A stretch of 55,580 nucleotides of DNA from Armatimonadota bacterium (GTDB lineage Bacteria; Armatimonadota; Zipacnadia; Zipacnadales; UBA5352). The translations under genes were made by a program, and so were the position numbers. The notes below the pieces were generated by a model that was not told the DNA's origin, did not search any database, and saw only the letters and a list, made by a program, of their open reading frames with translations. Below, piece by piece: positions 9,801-17,374 of this stretch; within the stretch, counting starts at the first letter, position 1; each line of letters starts with the position of its first letter. Location: positions 1 through 55,580 of the forward strand of contig JAYENL010000308.1 in assembly GCA_034722055.1 (NCBI GenBank), written 5' to 3'.

Positions 9801-12800
9801 CCGCGGCTCCACCGGGGCCAGGATCAGCACGCGCTGATCGCGGAAGTCAGCCAGCACCTCCCCGGCGATCTGGTCCTGCGTCTTGGAGCCCACCTCGGCC
9901 CCACACTCCGGGCAGTGCGGCGTAGCCAGCCGAGCGAAGAGCACCCGCATGTAGTCGTAGATGGTGGTTACGGTCCCGACCGTGGAGCGGGGATTGTGGG
10001 AGGGCTGCTTCTGATCGATGGCGACGGCCGGCGGCAGCCCCGTAACGCGATCCACCTTGGGCTTGTCGATCTGGCCCACGAACTGCCGGGCGTAGGAGGA
10101 CAGGGACTCCACGTAGCGCCGCTGGCCCTCCGCGTAGATGGTATCCAGCGCCAGTGAGGTCTTTCCCGATCCGCTCACCCCTGAGACGGCGGTGAGCTGG
10201 TGCCGCGGGACCTTCACATCCACCGCCCGCAGGTTGTGCTCCCGGGCGCCGCTGACCTCGATGTCGCCGGTCTTGATGTTCTTGCGCCGCCGCGCCGAGG
10301 CCACGTCCGGACGCTCCACCTCACCCTCCTCCAGCACCTCCCGGAGCATGGCGCCGGTGTACGACTGCTCGCACTCGGCGACCTGCTCCGGCGTCCCGCA
10401 CACCACGATGTCGCCGCCCTCCTCGCCACCCTCCGGCCCCAGGTCAATGACCCAGTCGGCGCTCTTGATGATGTCGGGATGGTGCTCCACCACGATGACG
10501 GTGTTGCCCTCGTCCACGAAGCGGTGCAGGACGTTGAGCAGGTCCTGCACGTCGGCGAAGTGCAGGCCGGTGGTGGGCTCGTCGAGGATGTAGAGGTTGC
10601 GACCGCTGCGGGGGCGGGCCAGCTCCTCGGCCAGCTTCACTCGCTGGGCCTCCCCGCCCGACAGGGTCGGCGCCGGCTGGCCCAGCTTGATGTAGCCGAG
10701 GCCCACATCGGCCATGATCTGGAGCATATCCCGGATCTTGGGCTGGTTGGAGAAGTGCTCGATGGCCTCGCCGACCTCCATCTCCAGGACGTCGGCGATG
10801 TTCTTGCCCCGGTAGCGGATCTTCAGGGTCTCATCGTCGAAGCGCCGGCCGTTGCAGGCCTCACAGGTCACCCACACGTCTGCCAGGAAGTCGGACTCCA
10901 GCTTCACCGCCCCGTATCCCTCGCAGGCGGCGCAGCGGCCCTCGGAGACGTTGAAGCTGAACCGCCCGGGCTTGTAGCCGCGCTGGCGAGACCCGGGGAG
11001 CTGGGAGAAGAGCTTCCGGATGTGGTCGAAGACCCCCACGTAGGTGGCCGGGTTGCTCCGCGGGGTGCGGCCGATGGGGTCCTGGTCAATCAGGACGACC
11101 TTCTCCAGCTCCTCCAGCCCCTGCACCGAGTCATGCTCGCCCGGCTCGCTCTGAGCGCCCTGCAGCTCCCGGGCCAGAGCGGCGTGCAGCGTGTCGGTGA
11201 CCAGCGAGCTCTTTCCCGAGCCGGAAACGCCGGTGATGGTGATGAACCGGCCCAGCGGGAACTCCACGTCCAGATCGCGGAGGTTGTTGTGCCGGGCTCC
11301 CTGCAGCAGCAGTCGCTGGCCGTTGCCGTTGCGGCGCTGCTCCGGAACGGGAATCTCTCGCCTGCCGGAGAGATAGCTGCCGGTGATGGAGGCCCGCCGC
11401 CGCGCGATCTGCTTGGGGGTGCCCATGGCCACGATCTCTCCGCCACGCTGGCCGGCGCCGGGGCCGAAGTCCACCACGTAGTCGGCCGCCCTGATGGTCT
11501 GCTCGTCATGCTCCACCACGATGATGGTGTTGCCGCTGTCGCGCAGGTGCTCCAGGGTCTTGAGAAGCTGGCCCTGATCCCGGTGATGCAGGCCGATGCT
11601 GGGCTCGTCGAGGATGTAGAGCACATCCACCAGGCCACTGCCCACCTGCCCGGCCAGCCGGATGCGCTGGGCCTCACCGCCCGAGAGCGTCGGGGCAGTG
11701 CGGTTGAGGCTGAGGTAGTCAAGCCCCACCTCGGAGAGGAAGCGCAGGCGGGAGCGGATCTCCTTCAGTGCGTCCTCCGCGATCATGGCCTCGGCCTCGG
11801 TGATCTGCAGCGAGTCGAAGAAGTCGCGGGCGTCGCTGACGGTCATCTCGGCGATGTCGCCGATGGAGACGCCTCCCACGGTCACCGCCAGGCTCTCGGG
11901 CCGCAGGCGCTTGCCACCACATGTGGAGCAGGTGGTGGTGCGCATGGCGTCCTCGAACTTGCGACGCAGGGAGCGAGACTTCAGCCGCTTGTAGCGGCGC
12001 ATCAGATGCCCCATCAGCCCATCCCAGGGATCGGCGTGGCGCCACTCCCAGCCGCGCCAGGGATGCTTGAAGTAGAACTCGATCTGCTCCCCGTCGGAGC
12101 CGTAGAGGAGGTGGTGCCGCTGCTGGTCGGTGAGGTCCTTCCACGGGGTGTCCAGCGTGAAGCCGTAGTGGTTGGCCACGCCCTCCAGCCAGTGCCGCCA
12201 CCTGGCGTTGGAGGTTGAGCGCATCAGCTCAATGCAGCCCTCACGGAGCGACTTCTGGGGGTCGGAGACGATGAGCTCCGGAACGAACTCCCGACGCTCC
12301 CCGAGGCCGTCACAGTCAGGACACATGCCCTTGGGGCTGTTGAAAGAGAAGTGAGCATGGGTGGGGGTCTCGAAGCTGAGGCCACAGTCCGCGCAGGCGA
12401 AGCGGCTGGAGAGCATGAGGTCCTCCTCGCCCTCCACCGCCACCACCACGGTGCCCTCGGACAGCTCCAGCGCCTGCTCCACGGCGTCGGCGATGCGGGC
12501 GCGGTAGCGTGGCATGATGGTGATTCGGTCGGTGACGATCTCGACATCATGGAAGCGCTGGCGATCGAGCTGCGGCGGATCACGCAGCTCAATGACGTCG
12601 CCGTCCACCCGCGCCCGGGCCCAGCCGCGTCGGAGCATGTCCTCGAAGAGGTCCTGAAACTCGCCCTTCTGCCGGCGGGCGACCGGCGCCAGGATCACGG
12701 CCTTCTGGCCGTCAGCCTCAGCCAAGATGCGGGCGATGATGGCGTCGCGCGACTGGCTGCCGATGTCCCGTCCGCACTGGGGGCAGTGCGGGACTCCGAT

Positions 12801-13145
12801 GGCCGCGAAGAGCACGCGCAGGTGGTCGTAGATCTCCGTGATGGTGGCGACCGTGGAGCGGGGGTTGTGGCTGCGCGCGGCCTGGTCCACGGCGATGGTG
12901 GGGGTGAGCCCCTCGATCTCATCGACGTCCGGTCGCGGCAGGTCCCGCAGGAACTGCTTCGCGTAGTTCGACAGAGACTCCACGTACCGGCGCTGGCCCT
13001 CCGCGAAGATGGTGTCGAAGGCCAGCGATGACTTCCCGGACCCGCTGACGCCGGTGAAGGCGATCAGCTTGCCCTTGGGCAGGTCGAGATCGATGTCCCG
13101 CAGGTTATGCTGGCGGGCACCGCGGATGCGAATAGTGTCGGACAC
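6879..13145 (-). CDS. uvrA: Excinuclease ABC subunit A, tandem-duplicated form with C-terminal extension
   Basis: Two complete UvrA units: four Walker A (GxSGSGKS/T), four LSGGExQR signatures, four Walker B (LDEP), and Zn fingers. GGAGG RBS before GTG at 13145. Confidence 0.96.
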   Translation of the reverse strand: MSDTIRIRGARQHNLRDIDLDLPKGKLIAFTGVSGSGKSSLAFDTIFAEGQRRYVESLSNYAKQFLRDLPRPDVDEIEGLTPTIAVDQAARSHNPRSTVATITEIYDHLRVLFAAIGVPHCPQCGRDIGSQSRDAIIARILAEADGQKAVILAPVARRQKGEFQDLFEDMLRRGWARARVDGDVIELRDPPQLDRQRFHDVEIVTDRITIMPRYRARIADAVEQALELSEGTVVVAVEGEEDLMLSSRFACADCGLSFETPTHAHFSFNSPKGMCPDCDGLGERREFVPELIVSDPQKSLREGCIELMRSTSNARWRHWLEGVANHYGFTLDTPWKDLTDQQRHHLLYGSDGEQIEFYFKHPWRGWEWRHADPWDGLMGHLMRRYKRLKSRSLRRKFEDAMRTTTCSTCGGKRLRPESLAVTVGGVSIGDIAEMTVSDARDFFDSLQITEAEAMIAEDALKEIRSRLRFLSEVGLDYLSLNRTAPTLSGGEAQRIRLAGQVGSGLVDVLYILDEPSIGLHHRDQGQLLKTLEHLRDSGNTIIVVEHDEQTIRAADYVVDFGPGAGQRGGEIVAMGTPKQIARRRASITGSYLSGRREIPVPEQRRNGNGQRLLLQGARHNNLRDLDVEFPLGRFITITGVSGSGKSSLVTDTLHAALARELQGAQSEPGEHDSVQGLEELEKVVLIDQDPIGRTPRSNPATYVGVFDHIRKLFSQLPGSRQRGYKPGRFSFNVSEGRCAACEGYGAVKLESDFLADVWVTCEACNGRRFDDETLKIRYRGKNIADVLEMEVGEAIEHFSNQPKIRDMLQIMADVGLGYIKLGQPAPTLSGGEAQRVKLAEELARPRSGRNLYILDEPTTGLHFADVQDLLNVLHRFVDEGNTVIVVEHHPDIIKSADWVIDLGPEGGEEGGDIVVCGTPEQVAECEQSYTGAMLREVLEEGEVERPDVASARRRKNIKTGDIEVSGAREHNLRAVDVKVPRHQLTAVSGVSGSGKTSLALDTIYAEGQRRYVESLSSYARQFVGQIDKPKVDRVTGLPPAVAIDQKQPSHNPRSTVGTVTTIYDYMRVLFARLATPHCPECGAEVGSKTQDQIAGEVLADFRDQRVLILAPVEPRGNEEWADLFDRLQRAGWVRVRIDGEVERLPVEQDIQRRRRHTVEVAVDRIDLTDGRRSRLAEAVEAALDLSGGRLTVAADEADERTFSQHHSCEQCGAAYEPLSPRSFSFNHREGWCPECEGLGTRRGADPRALVPDPTLSIREGALSPWGELRPGSLLERMLQAVARDAGFDLDTPFEELSEEHRRLIFYGAGDREFEVDQRLTVRFGGLVSSIEETSRLSSRFRKRVGRILRDLPCPACHGGRVNAEAAAARLRGQSIVEVGDLPLTEAEEFFAGLELSDREQEVAGEILEEIVRRLRLLVNIGLGYLTLNRSAPSLSGGETQRVRLAGQIGSGLTGVLYVLDEPTVGVHPSDNERMLEALKDLRDLGNTALVVEHDEQTLREADHLIDLGPGSGPEGGRVVASGTLKQVQRRKTSRTGQLLAGELQVPVPAERRELPPPPSNSDPAAGWLSVIGASHHNLKDIDAHFPLGVLTCVTGPSGSGKSSLVNEILYPELAYHLHGAQEVGGPHRRILGLDQVDKVINIDQAPIGQTPRSIPATYTGLFDLIRELYSMLPEAMVRGYGPERFSFNKEGGRCEACEGMGRRLIEMHFLPDVWVQCEECGGTRYNRETLDVKYRGKSIADVLEMTVGEALGHFESFPRIRHILQTMADVGLQYLPLGQPAPMLSGGEAQRVRLARELARPARGHVVYLLDEPTTGLHCADILNLMEVLQRLVAADNTVIIIEHNLDVIKCADWVIDLGPGGGENGGRVVASGTPEDVAEAQASATAPFLAHALQRARREKLSWEAVSGPPGRRAHREALDALAEGAERPWECDGRAWHLGETTPAGERREWEAGALTAFVELACRAMGLDDADWADRRYVTLCPEDGDDWAARARTDRPADVRLQIRAPKGLFDQAGLERELALPTWNELEEVQRYGKRPRVRLQTRSRDYDLITIWGFYEDEVRSQAFQEMVRRALAAETAAVAAE

Positions 13146-13211
13146 GGAGCCTTCCTCCGCACGCAGTGAAAGGCGCGGCGACCTTGAGCCGGTGCCGGCC
13201 GCCACGCTGGT

Positions 13212-13241
13212 ATTGTATCAGAACGTATGTTCGCGGGTCAA
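13212..13241 (-). promoter_or_regulatory. Sigma70-type promoter of uvrA
   Basis: Minus strand reads TTGACC-N18-TACAAT with an extended TGn before the -10. Confidence 0.75.
13221..13232. promoter_or_regulatory. LexA operator (SOS box), GAAC-N4-GTTC type
   Basis: GAACGTATGTTC (CGAACATACGTTCT on the minus strand) lies between the -35 and -10 of uvrA and matches the Firmicutes/Actinobacteria/Chloroflexi consensus. Confidence 0.85.
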
Positions 13242-13256
13242 TGGACGGCCGCGAAA

Positions 13257-13281
13257 CTTCAGGCTCAAGTTGCTGGAACCT
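13257..13281 (-). promoter_or_regulatory. AGG-N17-GAA promoter-like motif upstream of the uvrA sigma70 promoter
   Basis: Minus strand reads gtAGGT-tccagcaacttgagcct-GAAG. Confidence 0.4.
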
Positions 13282-13350
13282 ACGTCGCAGCGTCCGCGTT
13301 TCTTGACGGCTCCTCAAGGCGCCATGTTCGTGTCCGACGCCCACACGGCC

Positions 13351-13402
13351 CGAGAGCCAGGCGCGGCCCCACCAGGCGAGGCCGCGCTGCCACCGGCTCT
13401 CG
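13351..13402. terminator. Extended hairpin downstream of the transaldolase gene
   Basis: Nested stems cgagagcc...ggctctcg and gcgcggcc...ggccgcgc; no U-tract. Confidence 0.35.
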
Positions 13403-13418
13403 CAGCAGGCCTGGCCGC

Positions 13419-14840
13419 CTACTCCTCGTAGACCCAGTGCAGGAACTCGTCGTAGCCCTCACTGAAGCCCTTGAGGGTCCGGGCGGCGGGCACGTGGTCG
13501 ATGAACTCCTCGGGCGTCATGCCGTCCGGCTCGTAGGCCTGGCGGAAGGTCCTGCTTTTCATCAGCTTGTCGAGGTAGCCGTCGGGGAGCGGGGTCCAGA
13601 TGCCGTCGGGGTCGATCTCCCGGGGCACGGACTCGTAGAGCTCGGCCTTGTCCGGGAAGATGGTGATGAAGTTGGTGAGCGGGCCATTGCTGGTCCCGCG
13701 GATGATGTTCCACGGACCGCGGCCGGAGGCCGCCAGCGGGAAGCTCTTCTCAAAGCCCACGCCACCCTTCTCCGGCGGATGGCACAGCATGCGATACTCG
13801 CGCTGGCGCATGGCCGTGGTGGCCCACTTTTTGACCTCCTCCCAGTCCTCGACGCCGGCCTCCTCCAGCTCCTCGCCGACCGGGTCATCGAGGCGGCCGT
13901 CCATCTGCGTCCGGAAGCTCACCTTGGTGGTGCTGTGCTCCTCGATGGCGCCGGCGAAGGCGATCTGCTGCGGCAGTGCGAAGTTGACCGTCACATTCAC
14001 ACCCATGCCCTTGCCGGTAAGCTGCTTGGCGGCCTCGATGCCAGCCAGCGTCCCGGGGACCTTGAAGACGGTGTTGGGCCTGCCGCCCAGCTCGTCCTCG
14101 AGCTGCCCGTAGACCCAGGTGGCCTCGTCCACCATCTTGTCGGCGTTGGTGGCCTCCTTGGGATTGAGCTGCAGGCTCACGTAACCCAGGTCACCGTCGG
14201 TGATCTCCCAGATCGGTCGCAGGAGTCTGGCGTTGGCCAGGACGACCTGGATGGTCATGGCGTAGGCCAGCGTCACAGGGTCGGCGTCTTGGCCGTACTT
14301 CTCGCGCAGCTCATCGCGCACCGGCGTCCAGTACTGGGGATCGTCCTTGCGGGCGATGTCCACCAGCACCGGGTTGGTGGTCACCAGGATGGCGCCCTTC
14401 TGCATGGCCTTCCGCAGGCCGGAGGCGTAGTCGTTGCCCCAGTAAGTGTTCAGCTCACCCGCCAGCGTCATGCGCGTCAGCCTCACGAGGTTGCTGTCGG
14501 CCATCCCCTCAGCCTCGTCCAGGGCTCGCTGGGCCTCGTCGTCGGCCCCGAGGTCCTTGAGAAGCTGCACGTTGGCCTGGACCTGCTCGTCGAGCTGCTC
14601 CTCGGTGGCGACGGCATCGCCGTAGCGGTCCGCGTTGCACAGGTTCCAGTCGGCGAGCACGGACTTGAGGTCGATGGCGCTCTCAGCGATGGTCTCTGCG
14701 ATCTCCGCCTTGCCATCCGCCTTAGCCGAGGCGTAGGCTTTCTTCATCTCGGCCCGGAAGTCGTCCAGCCTCTCGGCCAGGTCGCCGGGAACCGTGTGGA
14801 AGATCAGGTCCTGCAGTGTCGAGATCTGGTCATTCGTCAT
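13419..14840 (-). CDS. Transaldolase/FSA-family protein with N-terminal extension
   Basis: Motifs WGNDYA, VTTNP, FKVPGT (Schiff-base Lys), GVNVTVNF, GRLDD; about 120 extra N-terminal residues; GAGGAG RBS. Confidence 0.85.
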   Translation of the reverse strand: MTNDQISTLQDLIFHTVPGDLAERLDDFRAEMKKAYASAKADGKAEIAETIAESAIDLKSVLADWNLCNADRYGDAVATEEQLDEQVQANVQLLKDLGADDEAQRALDEAEGMADSNLVRLTRMTLAGELNTYWGNDYASGLRKAMQKGAILVTTNPVLVDIARKDDPQYWTPVRDELREKYGQDADPVTLAYAMTIQVVLANARLLRPIWEITDGDLGYVSLQLNPKEATNADKMVDEATWVYGQLEDELGGRPNTVFKVPGTLAGIEAAKQLTGKGMGVNVTVNFALPQQIAFAGAIEEHSTTKVSFRTQMDGRLDDPVGEELEEAGVEDWEEVKKWATTAMRQREYRMLCHPPEKGGVGFEKSFPLAASGRGPWNIIRGTSNGPLTNFITIFPDKAELYESVPREIDPDGIWTPLPDGYLDKLMKSRTFRQAYEPDGMTPEEFIDHVPAARTLKGFSEGYDEFLHWVYEE

Positions 14841-14916
14841 CCCAGTACGCTCCTCGTTTCATGTGTGTGCGAGATCGGGTGGCGAAGGCTGTGGATGCGC
14901 GCCTCCTGTCTCATGA

Positions 14917-14941
14917 CTTCTACGTGCGGCCCGCAATCCCT
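14917..14941 (-). promoter_or_regulatory. AGG-N17-GAA promoter-like motif upstream of the transaldolase gene
   Basis: Minus strand reads ggAGGG-attgcgggccgcacgta-GAAG. Confidence 0.55.
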
Positions 14942-15093
14942 CCATCGCCGCCCGCAAAATGCTCACTGGCTGGACGACCAGTTCCGCGCACGGTGGAACG
15001 CGGGTTGCTGCAAAAAGCTCCAGAGCGGAGGCGGTGCGGAGGCAGACGGCGAAATCCGGCTCCGGCCAAGGCCGGGGGGTCCGCAAACCCAGC

Positions 15094-16083
15094 ATGGCGG
15101 AGGAGGGCAACTCCGGGGGACCGGTGGTCAACGAGATGGGCCAGGTCGTGGGCGTGCACACCCTGACCCTCGTCAGCTCCGGCATGCTCACCAAGTTCGC
15201 CATCCCCTCCAACGTGGTCACCGGCTGGCTCGCCACCCCCGCCAGCCAGGACCCGCCGGTTCCCATACCGGGCAGGGCGGTGCGCGAGCTGCTCAATGCC
15301 ACCAGCCTGAGCTTCGAGGAGCCTGAGCTGGGCACGTTCGGGATCTCCCATCCCAACGGCGTGACGGTCTACGCCCACCAGTACGAAGACTTCCTGCGGC
15401 TCTACTGCCCGCTGGGAGAGCTGCCCGGCGGCAATGGCCTGCTCCAGGGCTACTGCGCCCTGGAGGCATTGCGCTTCAACTACTTGGACCCGGTAGGCCG
15501 CCTGAGCCTGCTGGAGACCGAGGACCGCGGCCTCCTGCTGTACTGGGAGTGCCAGGTGCCCATGTCCATGGCCTCCGCCGGGTACGTCAACACCATCTCG
15601 GTCGTGGGGGCCAACCAGGTCGCGAGCTGGGAGGCCGTGCTGCGTGCCGAGCAGCCCGGGGAGCCCACCGAGCTGTATCCGGGCGGCGACACCGCGGCCC
15701 TGATGGCGCAGCTCAAGACGCAGATCGAGGCCGCGGAGCTCGTCTACGAGGAGGGCGAGGGCTTCTTCAAGCTCCCGTATGACAACGACGTGGACGTCTA
15801 CACCCAGATCTACAGAGGAGTCGTATACACCCACTCCTACACGGGAGGGATGCCCGGGCAGACCCGGGCGGAACAGGGGCAGATAGCCATCGAGCTGCTC
15901 AAGCTCAACTGGGACGACCCTCTGGGCAGGCTGGCGCTGGATGCCGACAACGACCTGGTCTGGGAGTCCCAGGTCCCCGCGGACTTCCTGACTCCCGACT
16001 ATCTGGCGATCCTGGCAGGAACGGCCGCCTCCCAGGTCGGCGACTTCGTTGCGAAGTACGGCCGCATCCCATTCAACGGCTGA
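15094..16083 (+). pseudogene. 5'-truncated trypsin-like serine protease with two YbjN-like C-terminal domains
   Basis: Starts almost directly at GNSGGPVVNEMGQVVGV (catalytic Ser motif) with no His/Asp half or signal peptide upstream. Followed by two similar domains (ALRFNYLDPVGRLSL and LLKLNWDDPLGRLAL). Confidence 0.6.
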
Positions 16084-16155
16084 GGGAATCGTCCTGGTTG
16101 TGCGTTGAACGAGGCCGGGAAAGGGCGCGGCCTGGGAGCACGCACGGTCTCAGCG

Positions 16156-16695
16156 CTACAGCGGTCCCGTGCTTTCCCACAGCTCGGCGTGCCGGCTGGC
16201 CCACTGTGTGATCCCGGGGATGTTGACCTGTCTGCCCAGCAGCGCCTCCACGGCGTAGACGCATGACAGCAGCAGCGAGAAGGCCAGCACCACAACCAGA
16301 TTCAGCATGTTCAGCACGTTGCAGGCCGCTTCAGCCGTCGGCCCATGACAGGTGCCGGCCCACAGCGAGCCGGCGATGAGGGCCGCTCGCAGCCCGGCCA
16401 CCGCCAGACTCCAGCCCCCCGAGGCGTAGGCGTGAAAGGCGAATGACCGCCAGCGCCTCAGCCGCCGGGCCCTGACCAGAAGCAGCGGGAGGAAGGCCGT
16501 CACGTAGCCCAGCCACGAGAAGTAGCATATGGCCGCCACGATCTTGGCACCGGCCTGCGGCCACCGCGATGGGCGGTAGATGCGCACCAGCGACCGGCAT
16601 TCCTCGCCCGCAGGCTCCTCCTCCGGCGCGCACGAGGGATCCCGCTCGGCATCCATCCGCCTCCAGGTTGTCCGATCCGCCGTCTGCGTCGTCAT
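16156..16695 (-). CDS. DUF4870-like small membrane protein
   Basis: AAICYF..., FHA, three hydrophobic segments, C-terminal GRQVNIPGI; similar to the upstream gene. Start uncertain (16695 or 16656). Confidence 0.6.
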   Translation of the reverse strand: MTTQTADRTTWRRMDAERDPSCAPEEEPAGEECRSLVRIYRPSRWPQAGAKIVAAICYFSWLGYVTAFLPLLLVRARRLRRWRSFAFHAYASGGWSLAVAGLRAALIAGSLWAGTCHGPTAEAACNVLNMLNLVVVLAFSLLLSCVYAVEALLGRQVNIPGITQWASRHAELWESTGPL

Positions 16696-16729
16696 CTCTG
16701 TTGAAGGGTCAAGCCAGCCGCGGGCGGAC

Positions 16730-16754
16730 CTTCGTAGTGACCGCACTGCGGCCT
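16730..16754 (-). promoter_or_regulatory. AGG-N17-GAA promoter-like motif
   Basis: Minus strand reads cgAGGC-cgcagtgcggtcactac-GAAG. Confidence 0.4.
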
Positions 16755-16756
16755 CG

Positions 16757-17332
16757 TCAGGGAAGCTGCTGCTGGGCGATATCGGAGACGACCGGTATGT
16801 TCACCGACCGGCGATTGTAGGCGCGGACCGCGAAGGCGATGGACGCCAACAGGGCCGCAACCCCGACCAGCCACTGAACGAGCCCGACGGGCGCAATCAT
16901 CAGCGCCGGCACGCCCACAATGCCGGCCAGGACGCCCAGGACGTGCAGCACCAGAAAGGCCGCCACCACCGCCAGGCCCCAGAATAGACCGTTATAGGCG
17001 TGGTAGCGCATGTAGCCCGAACGCTTCATCCTGTCCGTCGCCAGAGGGATGACCGGCAGAAGGAAGCCGATCGGCGCCAGCACCCAGCAGAAGTAGCACG
17101 CAGCCGCCAGCCCCGGGGAGTCTCCCGCTGCCACAGCCTCTGTCTCCTGGATGGGCTCACCCCGCGGCGGCATCTCGACGTGCTCTGGCCGCTGCGCCTC
17201 GGGCTGTGGTAGGTGGTCGGCGCAGTAGGACTTGCCATCAGGACCGACATGCCGACACTCCGCGCACAGCTCGTCACCGCACACCACGCACCGCGCGGCC
17301 GCCTCTCGATCCGGATGGTTGACGCATGCCAT
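16757..17332 (-). CDS. B-box-type zinc-finger plus DUF4870-like membrane protein
   Basis: N-terminal CVNHP...CVVC...LCAEC...YCADH, then AAACYF, RYHAYNG, transmembrane helices and VNIPVV. Confidence 0.75.
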   Translation of the reverse strand: MACVNHPDREAAARCVVCGDELCAECRHVGPDGKSYCADHLPQPEAQRPEHVEMPPRGEPIQETEAVAAGDSPGLAAACYFCWVLAPIGFLLPVIPLATDRMKRSGYMRYHAYNGLFWGLAVVAAFLVLHVLGVLAGIVGVPALMIAPVGLVQWLVGVAALLASIAFAVRAYNRRSVNIPVVSDIAQQQLP

Positions 17333-17374
17333 GCTGGCCGCTCCTCTCGGTTGGACCCGCCGTCTGCGTGGTGC

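Noticed and set aside
6879..13145. Recent DNA-level tandem duplication or misassembly producing the double uvrA
   Set aside because: The two halves differ substantially outside conserved motifs and the frame is continuous.
13146..13205. Leaderless GTG start for uvrA at 13205
   Set aside because: It sits near the predicted start site, but UvrA homology begins at 13145, which has a good GGAGG RBS.
14990..15095. Annotating an insertion sequence or MITE
   Set aside because: There is no transposase, no convincing matching terminal inverted repeats and no target duplication. It is kept only as a speculative scar.
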